Positions 14,237-26,899 of a DNA stretch of 64,000 bases are shown here, piece by piece; the stretch's first letter is position 1, and each line of letters begins with the position of its first letter. The position numbers and the translations under genes were made by a program. The notes beneath the pieces were generated by a model. It had not been told where the DNA came from. It searched no databases and saw only the letters and a list, made by a program, of their open reading frames with translations. This stretch comes from Eledone cirrhosa (taxonomy: Eukaryota). The stretch lies in the NCBI GenBank assembly GCA_964016885.1, contig OZ024743.1, positions 8,804,001 to 8,868,000 on the forward strand, written 5' to 3'.

Positions 14237-17200
14237 CTGCCAACATCTTCTTCTCTGCCTACTACTACTACTACTACTACAACATCTTTGCCTACTGCTA
14301 TCTCAAGGAATTTACCTTCTAATACCAGTACAAGAACTCTCCCTCCCACAGTCCACAAAGGTCGTCAAATCCTTCTCAAACCATCATCTACACCTCTCAC
14401 AACACACACACCAACATACCCACCCACTCGAAACCCCATCATTTGCCGCTACTCTCTACGCTATAGAATATGTACGGATAGTGGCTGCAAATTCACCCAT
14501 TTACCTAGGGCAAAACGGTCTATCCCACAAACAGCCACCACCATAATACATACTCAAATTTAACACCAACACAACCACCAATAACTCAAACAAGGAATCC
14601 ACAAATCTGCCGCTTTTCCCTGCGAGACAGATTGTGTTTAGACCGGGATTGTCCCTTTACCCATCTCCCGGGGACCCGTCGGACAAATGAAAATAAAATT
14701 AAAAATAAAAACAAAAACCATAACCTACATAAAAATAACCACTACCACAGTCACCAACAGTCTTCTAAACAAGAAACTTCTTCCTCTTTTTTAGCCATAA
14801 TGAATCTGGCAAAAGAACTGGAAAAAAACATTCGAGCTATCACCCAGCACCACCCTCCACTATCACCCCACTGCACAAACTCCCATTGCTGCCATTAACA
14901 AACAAACAATTAAAACCATCCACTCTCGCCTCTACATTTTTGCTTAACGCCCAAGGCATCAGCCCTTCCACCAATACTCAAAAATGGAAGATCAAATTCC
15001 TGGAGGACTGGATTGATGTCCATCCAAACCACATCCCTTTCTTCGTCCTCACTGAAACCCATCTCAGTAACCTCCACTTGGAAGCCGAGGTGAAAGTGAA
15101 AAATTTCAAAGCCATCCGTGCTGATCGCGCTGGCAGAAGAAAGGGCGGGACTGCCATTTATGTCCATAATTCTTTCTCAACAGAGGCTATGAACATATTC
15201 ACTAATGGATACTGCGAAGCAGTCACTGTATTCAGTCAAACCAACAACCTAATAGTAGTTGGGCTCTATAGGCCACCCCAAACGCCTGTACCATGCTTCA
15301 AGGAATGCCTCAACAGCATAAAGTGTTTCATCCAAGAGTGTCACCCTGACAACATCTTAATGATGGGGGACTGCAACCTTCCCGGAGTTGACTGGTCCAC
15401 AAACAGCCTGCCACCAGGTTCTTCTGCCTCAACCTCTGACAGGGAAGCAGTGGAATCGCTTCTTGACTTCATGGATGATTTCTTCCTATCCCAACTGGTG
15501 CTCGAACCAACGAGGTGCCACAAAAACGTCCTAGACTTAATTTTCAGCAATCACACTGACAATATCCACAATATTGCAGTGGAGAAAACTCTACTCTCTG
15601 ATCATGACATGGTTCTCTGTGATCTGAGATTCCACCGTCCAATATACAAACCCAATGTCATCTCTCCTGTCCATCCGTTTGACGCTATGGATTTCCACAA
15701 TGCAAACTGGGAAGCGATCAGTCATGATCTTGCACATGTCGACTGGTCCTTCACGCACACTCATACACCCACTAACATCAAAAAGTCCTGGCAGACATTT
15801 ATGGACACTGGTACAAACATATGTGCAAAACACACCCCATTAAGAACTATAAACAAATCTAAGAGCAGAATCCCTAGAAATAGAAAAACGCTCATCAGAA
15901 AAATTAAGAGAACGAACAAAAAAAATCAACAAGCTGAAATACTGTCTGCAGCAACACATCAACTTGACTGCCATTTCATCACTAGAGATTAAAAAACATA
16001 ACCTCCAAAACAACATAATGTCTCTCATCAACAATCAGAGAAGAGCTCAAGAGGCCTCGGCCATTGAGAAGATCAAACTCAATCCCAAAGTGTTCTTTTC
16101 ATTTGCAAAAAAACACAAAATCACTGGCTCTACTGTTGGCCCTCTAATTGATGAAAATGGCACTCTTCAAGACAATGCTAAAACCATGGGTGAGATACTG
16201 CAGAAACAATACTGCTCTGTTTTCAGCAATCCTGATATGGCCGATCTGGGCTGTATCGGCGATGTTAATCCCCATTACACCTTATCGGACATAACGTTTG
16301 GCGCCCCTGATGTCTTAACGGCAATAAAGGAAATCAAGCATAATTCAGCAGTAGGTCCCGATAGGTTCCCTGCTTGTGTCTTGAAGGTGTGTCAACACCA
16401 ACTTGCATCTTCTCTTGCCAATCTGTGGCGGAACTCACTGGATGCTGGATATGTGCCAGAAAACCTTCTATCCCAGTCTGTTGTCCCAGTTTTCAAAAAA
16501 GGAAACCATTCCCTTGCCGTGAATTACCGTCCAATCTCACTCACCTCTCATATCATTAAGGTATTTGAGAGAGTGGTGAGATCGCGAATGACCCACTTCC
16601 TTGAGAGTAACAATATGCTGAACTCCAACCAGCATGGATTCCGTAATGGAAGGGATTGCCTGACGCAGCTACTCTATCACTTTGATGACATTTTGAGAGC
16701 CTTGGGAGAGGGTTCCAACACTGATGTTATCTACCTTGATTTCAGCAAGGCCTTTGACAGGGTTGATCATAACATTCTACTGAGAAAACTGTCCATATTG
16801 GTGTCACTGGAAAGCTGCTGCAGTGGATCAAGAGCTTCCTGTCAAACAGAACCCAACATGTAGTTGAAGGAGTCAAATCCAGCCCAGCCAAAGTCAGTAG
16901 TGGGGTCCCACAAGGCACTGTGTTGGGCCCACTTCTCTTCATCATCTATATTAATGACATCACTGACATCATCAAACACAGCAACATTAAAATTTTCGCT
17001 GATGATTCCAAGCTCCAAAAGGTCATCAATGGCGTGGATGACCGGATAAGCCTTCAGTCAGACCTACTGGCTGTTACCCAATGGGCGGAAAAGAACAACC
17101 TGTTACTGAACGAAGACAAATTCGAACTGATCCATTTTGGAAAAGAGGATGCTCTGAAACTCCCGTACTCCCTTCCCTCCGGGGAAACTCTCGTGGCATC

Positions 17201-17980
17201 TAACAACATCAGAGACTTGGGAGTAACCGTGGACAGCAACATAAGCTGGGCCACGCATATAAGCAGCAAAGTTGACATGGCCCGCAGAATGTGTTCCTGG
17301 ATCCTCAGAACCTTCCAGTCGAGAGATTCCCACACCATTATCCTTCTCTTCTCTACTTTTGCCCGACCACACCTTGAATACTGTTGTCCACTGTGGTCTC
17401 CCCACACGAAACAAAGTATCATGAAACTTGAAGCTCCTCAAAGGGCAATCACGAAAAAGATAGATGGCATGTCAGACCTTGACTACTGGGGTCGACTAGA
17501 AAAGCTGAAACTTTACTCACTCCAACGTCGCCGTGAGCGTTATATTATCTGCATGATGTGGAAAATGTTCCATCATCACTGCCCAAATGATGTTGGCATC
17601 GCCTTCAAGATACACCCAAGGCTTGGGCCCCGTGCTATCCATCCCATACAAAAATCTAAATCGCAACTCATAACAACAATACGGCACAATTATTTCACCT
17701 CAATTGGCCCTGCTCTCTTCAACATCACACCAGGACACGTCAAAACAGAAACTGACCACACAAAATTCAAGAAGTCTTTGGACAAATTCCTCCAAGTAAT
17801 CCCGGACAAACCACCCACACCCGGATATGTCTCCGCAAACAGTAATTCTCTTCTCGAATGGGCCATGGTGCCCAAATCCTGAATTGAAAGACTTCGCCAG
17901 GTGGTGCTATTAAGTTAGACATGGCCTGGGCCAATACTGGCCAAAACATTTCAAAGTTATTCAAAGTTATTCAAAGTTAT
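14237..17980 (+). mobile_element. CR1-group (CR1/L2/Crack-like) LINE, near full-length: ORF1 remnant with two CCCH fingers; ORF2 APE endonuclease plus RT; (TTCAAAGTTA)3 tail
   Basis: APE motifs LLNAQG, LTETHL, GLYRPP, MGDCN, LDLIF, SDH; RT motifs NYRPISLTS, YLDFSKAFD, PQGTVLGP, FADD; C-terminal FKKSLDKFL. Two single-base frameshifts (~15920, ~16795). Confidence 0.93.
14769..17882 (+). pseudogene. LINE ORF2 (APE endonuclease-reverse transcriptase) with two frameshifts
   Basis: ORF track segments 14886..15992, 15964..16863 and 16920..17882; the first frame is open from 14769. Confidence 0.88.
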
Positions 17981-18087
17981 ATATATATATATATATATAT
18001 ATGTGTAGGTATATATATATATATATGTAGGTATATATATGTATATATGTAGGTATATATAGGTATATATGTAGGTATATATATGTA

Positions 18088-18137
<50 letters not shown>

Positions 18138-18304
18138 GATATATATATGTAGATATATATATGTATATATATATATGTAGATATATATATGTATATATAT
18201 GTATGTAGATATATATGTATGTAGATATATATGTATGTAGATATATATATATATGTAGATATATATATATATGTAGATATATATATGTATATATATATAT
18301 ATAC

Positions 18305-18821
18305 GTAGTAATAGAGAAGACCCGCCTTACCTAAATACAAAGTAAAACCTACTACAGTCTACAGGCATCTCTAACAAAATACACCCCCGTCCCACCACCC
18401 CATCCACACCGCCCCTTTCAATGTAAAGTTATGTTGGTGCCACAACATCCAGGCCGAAACATATGAGATCGTGTAGGTGTCACGACAAAAAAACACACAG
18501 TCCACGCTGTAATGTGGCCGTGTAGGCAACACAGTAAAAACCTCCCAGCCCCGCACTGTAAATGTGGTTGGTGTTAGGAAGGGCATCCAGCTGTAGAAAA
18601 CCCGCCAGACAGTCCACGCTGTAATGTGGCCGTGTAGACAACACGGTAAAAACCTCCCAGCCCCACACTGTAAATGTGGTTGGTGTTACGAAGGGCATCC
18701 AACTGTAGAAAACCCGCCAGACAGTCCTATGCGAGCAAGACAACCACTCTTGCCTCAATTGGGAAAACTCACGTCCAAACCCATGCAAGCGTGGAACATG
18801 GACGTTAAACGATGATGATGA
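18305..18821 (+). mobile_element. RTE family A 3'UTR fragment (variant with ~113-bp internal duplication)
   Basis: Matches 30909-31450; (GAT)n tail. Confidence 0.9.
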
Positions 18822-18944
18822 TATATATATGTAGATATGTAGATATATATATATATATATATGTAGATATATATATATATGTAGATATATATATATGTGG
18901 ATAGATATATATATATGTAGATATATATATATATATATATATAT

Positions 18945-20986
18945 ATCATCATCATCATCATCATCGTTTAACGTCCATGTTCCACGCTTGCATGGGTTTG
19001 GACGGGAGTTTTCCCACTTGAGGCAAGAGTGGTTGTCTTGCTCGCATAGGACTGTCTGGCGGATTTTCTACAGCTGGATGCCCTTCCTAATACCAACCAC
19101 ATTTACAGTGTGGGGCTGGAAGGTTTTTACCGTGTTGCCTACACGGCCACATTACAGCGTGGACTGTGTGTTTTTTTGTCGTGACACCTACACGATCTCA
19201 TTTGTTTCGGCCTGGATGTTGTGGCACCAACATAACTTTACATTGAACGGGGCGGTGTGGATGGGGTGGGGGTGGTGGGATGGGGGTGTATTTTGTTAGA
19301 GATGCCTACTGACTGTAGTAGGTTTTACTTTGTATTTAGGTAAGGCGGGTCTTCTCTATTACTGAGTACCGCCAAAGATCTCGGTCCAGTGCCATTGTCT
19401 TGGAGAGGTGTAAGTGTGTGAGGTCGGAACTTATCAGGTCGTCCCAGGTTTTTCTGGGTCTGCCTACTCCGTGGCTACCGTCTATTTTTATTGCCACTTT
19501 GTTATACAGCTGTCGTCTTTCATGCGCATCACGTGACCATACCAACGTAGCCTTCTCTCGAGTAAACATCTGATCTCTCTTATTTCGAATTTTTTCCTTA
19601 GTTCGTTTATGCTTTGCCGTTCACGTATATTACTATTACACATCCAGCGGAGCATGCAAGCTTCGTTCCTCTCTAGTCTGCGTATATCCTCTGCACACAA
19701 TGCCCAGGTCTCACTGCCATGCAACATTGCTGTTCGTATGCAGGCATCATACAACCTGCCTTTCATTTTTAGGGAGAACCCGTTAGCGGCTAATAGTGGT
19801 ATAAGCTCTCTGAACTTTTTCCATCTAGTTCTGACTCTAGCTACTGTACTTTCCGAGCACCCACCTCCACTGCTGATTTTGTCACCCAGGTAACAGAAGC
19901 TGTCGACTATTTCTATAGAACCCTCTGCGCAATTTAAAGAGCTAGTATTTGTGGGCACTTGCTGCTACTTATTGCACCAGAGCACCGGCCACATTTAAAA
20001 TCTATGTTCTTAGTTAGCTTACCTGTAATCCCACTACATCTTTTATGCACCCATACTTTGCATTTGGGACATAAAATGGAGTTTCTACCTACGCCTTTCC
20101 TACACACTGAGCATGGCCATTTCCCGGAAGGGACTGGCGCCTTATTTTCTTTCCTACAAACTAGAACTTTAGTCTTAGCCAGGTTAATTTTAAGGTTTTT
20201 TGATTCTAGGCCGTGCTTCCATGTTTGGAATTTCTTCTCTAGCTCGGCCATTGATTCCGCTATGAGCGTTAGATCATCTGCGTATAGGAGTTCCCATGGG
20301 CAGCCGGTCTTGAACTCCTCTGTTATAGCCTGAAGGGCAATAATAAATAGTAGGGGGCTAAGAACAGAGCCCTGATGAACAACTTTTACGCTAAACTCTT
20401 CACTATATTCGTTGTTAAGTCTAACCTTGCTGACTGTTTCTTTATACATGGCTTGTATAGCTCTCACAAACCATTCGTCAACACCTAGTTTTCTAAGAGC
20501 CCACCAGATAATGGAACGGGGGACTCTGTCGAAGGCTTTCTCCAAGTCGACAAAAGCTAAGTATAGGGGTTTACTTTTAGCTAGGTACTTCTCCTGTAGT
20601 TGTCGTACAATGAAAAGAGCGTCTGTGGTACTTTTGCCTGACACAAAACCGAACTGCATTTCATCTAGATCGATTCTCTCTCTGATTAGTTGCGCTATTA
20701 CTTTTTCCGTGACCTTCATGACCTGGTCGATTAATTTAATGCCTCTATAGTTACTCCTATCTAGGGCATCTCCTTTACCCTTGTAACAGTTAATGATGAT
20801 GCTGCTACGCCAGTCCTTCGGAACAACCCCATTCTGTATGATTTGGTTTACTATCCGGGTGACCATGGTGTTTCCCACCGTTCCAGAGGCTTTCAGCATC
20901 TCAGCAACTATTTCCGAAGGCCCAGCCGCCTTACCCATCTTCATATCTTTGATTGCCTTACTTATTATACTACCTTCGACTAACAC
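18945..20986 (-). mobile_element. RTE LINE family A, 5'-truncated, frameshifted
   Basis: ORFs 19934..20986 (GKAAGP, NYRGIKL, YADD), 19488..19958 and 19336..19569; 3'UTR and (ATC)n tail. Confidence 0.95.
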
Positions 20987-21014
20987 TATATATATGTAGG
21001 TAGATATATGTATA

Positions 21015-22147
21015 TAACTGATAACATTTGACCAGTATTGACCCAGGCCATGTCCAACTTAATAGTACTACCTGGTGGAGTCTTTCAAATCAGGATTTTG
21101 GCACCATGACCAACTCAAACAGAGAGTTATTGTTTACAGAGACATATCCGGGAATTCTTGAAGGAATTTGTCCAAAGACTTCTTGAACTTGATCGGGACT
21201 GTTTCTATTTTAATGTGTTTTGGTGTAATGTTAAAGAGAGCGGGGCCAATTGAGGTGAAATAATTGTGCCGTGTTCTTCTTATGAGATGCGAGTGAGATT
21301 TTTGTTGTGGGCGGATAGCACGGGGCCCAAGCCTTGGGTGTACCTTAAATGTGATGCCAACATCATGTAGGCAAAGCTGATGGAATATTTTCCACATCAT
21401 GCAGATAATGTAGCGCTCACGGCGACGTTGGAGAGAATAAAAGTTGAGCTTTTCTAATTGACTCAAATAGTCAAGGCCTGTCATGCCATCTATTTTTTTT
21501 GTAATTGATCTTTGGGGCGCTTCAAATTGCATGATACTTTGTTTCGTATGGGGAGACTACAGTGGACAACAGTATTCAAGGTGGGGTCAGGCAAAAGAGA
21601 AGTATAACAGTGTGGATATCTCTCTGAAGGTTCTGAGAATCCAGGAACACATTCTGCGGGCCATGTCAACTTTGCTGTTTATATCAGTGGCCCAGCTTAT
21701 GTTGTCCACAGTTACTCCCAGGTTGGATGCCACGAGAGTTTCACCCGAAGGAAGAGAGTATGGGAGTTTCAGGGCATCCTTTTTTCCAAAGTGGATTAAC
21801 TCGAACTTATCCTCATTCAACAGTATATTGTTCTTTTCTGCCCATTGGATAACAGCCAGTAGGTCTGACTGAAGGCAAGTCCGGTCACCCACCTCATTGA
21901 TTACCCTTTGGAGCTTGGAATCATCTGCAAAGATTCTTATGTTGCTGTGCTTGATGATGTCAGTCATGTCATTAATGTAGATGATGAAAAGAAGTGGGTC
22001 CAATACAGTGCCTTGTGGGATGCCACTACTGACTTTGGCTGGGCTTGGTTTTACTCCTTCGACTACATGTTGGGCTCTGTCTGTCAGCAAACATTTGATC
22101 CACTGTAGTAACTTTCCAGAGACACCAATATTGGATAGTTTTTTCAA
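21015..22147 (-). mobile_element. CR1-group LINE 3' fragment
   Basis: ORFs 21587..22147 (PQGTVLDP, FADD) and 21134..21532 are homologous to 16790-17950. Confidence 0.92.
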
Positions 22148-22181
22148 TAGAATCTTATATATGTATGAATATATATATATA

Positions 22182-24388
22182 CTAGCAGCAGTACCCAGCG
22201 TTCGCTGGGTAGGTAAAATAATATCTGCTTTGATGAAAAGGTGTTGATCTTAGCGACTACTTTTCGATGACTCATATATGGCCACACACATTCCATGCGG
22301 GGTAGGGTGGTGGTGACCTCTATCACTAAGAAACGCGGGTGACTGACGAAGCGGCATGTTGGGTGAAGGAGGTAATGACCTCTAACATTAAGCCAAATTT
22401 CCCCACGCTACTTGATTGGAAACCGGTGAATTCTCAAATACAAAGCTCAGACGGCGTCAGTGGCCTTCGTTTTGCCTTTGACCATCTATAAGATATGCAA
22501 TGATCGGTCCTATCGTAGTATAAAAGTTGAACCAAATAAATTGATGTATGTGTGAGGTGGAGCCGAAGTTTCGAATTTGAATGAAATTGGTTGAAAAATG
22601 TGGGAGCTAATGATAGGTTCTATCGTAGTATAAAAGTTGAACCAAATAAATTGATTTATGTGAGGTGGAGCCGAAGCTTTGAATTTGAAAGAAATCGGTT
22701 GAAAAATGTGGGAGCTAGAGCCAAAAAGGCGGAAATTTGAGCGAAAAGGTGGTATTTTCGAATATTTAAGCGGCTGTCACGCCGTTCCTGAACAGAAAAT
22801 CCAAAATGTAAAGCCACTTTAACCCTTTAGTGTTCAAACTGCCCGTAATTATGTCCCCTTCATTTGTTCAAACCGCCTAAAATCGCGCGAAAACACCCAC
22901 ATTAAAAAATCGTTCTAAAAATAAACAAACCATCATCAAAATCTCATCGATTGGAGATTACTGCGAGATTAGGCCCTTAACGCGAAAATTAACACTTAAT
23001 ATAGTGGAACAACTTAAAACAACAAGTGTTTTTTTAACTTTGAAAGTGCAACAAATTTTTTTTTTGTATCAACATGGCTAAAGTAGCGATATCGACTTTG
23101 AAAGTTTTACATACGACGACATTCAGAATAAACAAGTAACATATGATAATATTAGTGATTTATTTTCAAATGAATCTGATGTTTATATTTCTGAAATTTC
23201 GTTCGACGATGATTGTTTTGAAAGTGAAAACGGAGACTCCAGGACGCCATTGAAAATATTACATCAACGTGGTTGAAAAATACCCACTAATATATGTTCC
23301 CGATTTTATTCAAAATACTGGTCCACAACACATTAGCTCCCGATGCTAAAGCACTGGATTATTTCTTTTTGTTTTTACCACAAACTTTCTTCGAAGTTGT
23401 GGCAGAAGAGATTAAGCGATATGCCCAACAACAGATTTCAAAACAAGGAAAACCCGATCTGTTTGGCGACCGACAGATGCTGTGGAAATGCAAGCATTTT
23501 TTATCGTAAATATTATGTTCGGTATAAAATAATTTCCAAGGCTGTGGAATTACTGGAACACTGATATAAGGTTTAGTGATTCTTATATATCAAGTATTAT
23601 GCCGAAAACAACGTATTTAAAATTAAACCAGTATTTGCACCTGGTTGATACTTCAAATGCCCGTATTAATTAATTTCACCTGTCCATAAAAGTCAAATTT
23701 GACCAAAAAAATCAGGTAAAATTATATAATTGTAAATTATTGATATTTAAACATCTACTGACAAAATTTCAAGCCTGCTCATAGAAAATTAAGAAAATTA
23801 AGAAAATTACAAACAAATAAAATTGATAACCCTCTTGAGTACGATTAACTCAAAATAATGCGAACAGATAAGCATGACGTTTGAAAATTAATGCGAATCC
23901 TAAAGGGTTAAGACGTGAAATAATCAGATCTAGCATAGTGTAAAATTTCAACAAAGTAGGTTGATTAATGTGGGAGCTAGAGCCGAAAAAGTGGAAATTT
24001 GAGTCTAAAAGTGTTTTTTTTTGAATATTTAAGCAGCTGCCACCCCGTCCCTGAACAACAAATGCAAAATATAAAGCCATTACAGGATGTGCAATGATAA
24101 ATTCTATTTTACTTTAAAATTTGAACGGAATCGGTGGCAAAATGCGGGAGCTAGAGCCAAAAATCTTATTTTTCGATACCTAAAAAAAAGGTAACCCCCC
24201 CCCCCCCCCCCCATCGATTTTCATTTGCTGAATGACCCCGGAATAAAAAAAACGATAAGCTGATATATAGAAAACACTCCCCAATGACTAATCTATGAGC
24301 CTGTAAAGTTTCATGAAAATTGGTCGTAAGATGTAGGCCCCTATAGGTAATACACAGACACACATACTTAATTTTGTATATATACAGA
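22182..24388 (-). mobile_element. Non-autonomous Helitron
   Basis: Minus strand begins A|TC at 24388 and ends with hairpin tacccagcg-aa-cgctgggta (22192-22211), a short spacer and CTAG|T at 22182. No TSD; internal subrepeats (gtgggagctagagcc). Confidence 0.8.
22823..23907 (+). mobile_element. Internally deleted piggyBac nested in the Helitron
   Basis: TTAA at 22819-22822 and 23908-23911; termini CCCTTTAG...CTAAAGGG; broken transposase N-terminus (ALDYFFLFLPQTFFEVVAEEIKRYAQQ...WNYWNTD...IMPKTTYLKLNQYLHL). Confidence 0.85.
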
Positions 24389-24584
24389 TGTATATATATA
24401 TATGTATATAATAATTGAATATAAAAGAAAAAACGAACATAGATATATACATGTGTTCAAATTGCAAGGGACCAGATTCGCTAAGGTGAAAAGAATACTA
24501 ACTATAGACAATAGGGTTTGCCTGTCTCAATTTAAAAAAAAAATCAAGAAAATAAATACAAACCAGAATTGTGGTAACTACCAA

Positions 24585-24664
24585 TCACCCAGACAGCTTG
24601 GTGCTGTTTCGCAGTACTAATTAATTGTGAATAGAAATATCAATTCTTGCTCATCAGTGGGTGA
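24585..24664 (-). ncRNA. Canonical type I hammerhead ribozyme motif (GUC cleavage triplet)
   Basis: Minus strand: tcaccca-CTGATGA-gca(long loop)tgc-GAAA-cagc(accaa)gctg-TC-tgggtga. Perfect 7-bp stem I and 4-bp stem III, intact core. Confidence 0.85.
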
Positions 24665-24679
24665 CAAATTAGTATCCTA

Positions 24680-25618
24680 GACATTACCCTCAGTAGATCC
24701 AACAGAGGGACCAGTTATTGAGATTGATGAATATAGGGTCCAAGAGGCGATTAAGGAAATGAAAAATGGTAAGGCTGCTGGACCATCGGGAATAGTTGCT
24801 GAGATGCTGAAGGCATCAGGGGACGTAGGCACTAAACTGGTTGCACGCATCATCAATCAGGCTGTATATGGTGGTGTCATACTCAAAGACTGGTGCAGCA
24901 GTATTCTCATAAATTGCTACAAAAGTAAAGGGGATGCTCTGGAGAGGGGCAATTATAGGGGTATAAAACTGATGGATCAGGTTATGAAAGTGGCAGAAAG
25001 GATATTAGCACAACTAATTAGAGAAAGGGTCAAACTAGATGAGATGCAGTTTGGTTTTGTGCCTGGGAAGAGTACAACAGATGCCCTCTTCTTGGTGAGA
25101 CAATTGCAGGAGAGGTTCTTAGAGAAAAATAAGCCACTATACTTAGCCTTTGTTGACCTAGAAAAGGCCTTTGATAGGGTACCCCGATCTGTCATCTGGT
25201 GGTCCCTAAGGAAACTAGTTGGCTTGTGAGGTTGCAAACATTGTACAGAGGTACTGTCAGTAAGGTCAGGGTAGGAATGGAGTTTAGTGAGGAATTCCAG
25301 ATACAGGTAGGAGTACATCAAGGTTTGGTCCTCAGCCCGCTCTTGTTCATTATAGTCCTCCAAGCTATAACAGAGGAGTTTAAGACTGGCTGTCCATGGG
25401 AACGTCTCTATGCTGACGATCTGGTTCTTATAGCAGAATCAGTAGAGGAGCTAGAGAATAAATTCTGGCTATGGAAACAGCAGTTGGAAGCAAGAGGACT
25501 GAGAGTGAACCTAGCTAAGACAAAAGTGTTGATGAGTAGAAAAGAGGACAAAACTCTGATTCCATCAGGGAAATGGCCATGTTCGATATGCAGAAAAGGA
25601 ACTGGTATAAATTCTATA
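24680..25618 (+). mobile_element. RTE LINE RT fragment (diverged from family A), ending inside the PHD-like finger
   Basis: ORFs 24759..25229 and 25199..25621: [35 protein letters not shown]. Confidence 0.92.
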
Positions 25619-25676
25619 TGATGATGATGACATATATACATACATACATACATATATACATACATATATATATATA

Positions 25677-25857
25677 TCATCATCATCATCATCATCATTT
25701 CATTTTACGTCCGCTTTTTCCCTGCTTGCAAGGGTGGGACGGGAACTGATTCTGGCTTGATTTCTACAGCTGGATGCCCTTCCTAACACTAACCTCATTT
25801 ACAGTGAGTGCTGGGTGCTTTTTTGCCGTGGCACCTCCACGACCACTTTGCAGTGGT
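25677..25857 (-). mobile_element. 3' half of the RTE-tailed SINE
   Basis: Matches the reverse complement of 12693-12869. Confidence 0.88.
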
Positions 25858-26505
25858 ATGTATGTATGTATGTATGTATGTATGTATGTCAGGTCACCAG
25901 TTGGTGGTACTGGTAACATGTATCCCAGTACAACCTGTCTCATGGTTGCGTCGTTGGCGACTAAACTGGCAACCCCAACAAGGTTTCTTGGTGTGGAGGG
26001 GGACTTTGGACATCCTGCAGGACTAAAAACAAAACCTGTCAAAGAGCAAAGGAGCTCTTAAGAGTCAATGGCCATCCAAAATCACCGGGAGAGATGACCC
26101 CTTAACCTTTGTCAAGGCAGAATTCTAGGAGAAGGAAATCTCTGATATAACACCTGCAACCCTGATGGTATCCAATGATGTTGACTTGTTCTTCTTTTTG
26201 GTAAATATCATCTTGGTTAAGAGAGTGGGACTCGCTTTGTGCAGTGCCTTTGCTCACTATAAAAGCTTCACAGCACAGGTATTGCTTTATATCTGGAGAT
26301 CTCTCTGCACTTGTCGTCACATGGTACCATGGGCCCAGCACTATGTGTCAATAATTGTCACAAGTGTAGTGTTTGTACCAGAGTTTTCAAGTCGCTGGCT
26401 GGACTAAAAAGTCACACTCGTTTAGCGCATTGGTAGGGGTTCTCCTACACGGATATAAAGTAGTGGCCGTACTCGAAAACGAGTTGGCAGCCACCATATA
26501 TATAT

Positions 26506-26620
26506 AGTGGAGATGACGAGGGACCGTGACGAGTTGAGAGATGCTGTGCTGAATAAGACCCGTCCCACCCTTGCAAGCAGGGAAAAGCGGACGTAAAATG
26601 ATGATGATGATGATGATGAT
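26506..26620 (+). mobile_element. RTE family B 3' tip
   Basis: Nearly identical to 8792-8907. Confidence 0.88.
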
Positions 26621-26662
26621 GTATGTATATATATATGTATGTATGTATATATATGTATTGTG

Positions 26663-26795
26663 AAGGCTTAGTGGTTAGAGCATTGGGCTTGCAATCGAAA
26701 GGTTGTGAGTTCAATACTCAGACCGGGTGATGTGTTGTTTCCTTGAACAAGACACTTTATTTCACATTGCTCCAGTTTACTCAGCTGTAGAAATG
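26663..26795 (+). mobile_element. 5' half (tRNA head plus CORE-like domain) of SINE
   Basis: Matches 12533-12665. Confidence 0.85.
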
Positions 26796-26899
26796 TATGT
26801 ATATATATGTATGTATATATGTATATATGTATATGTATGTATATATGTATATGTGTATATATATGTATGTATATCTATGTATATATATGTATGTATATA

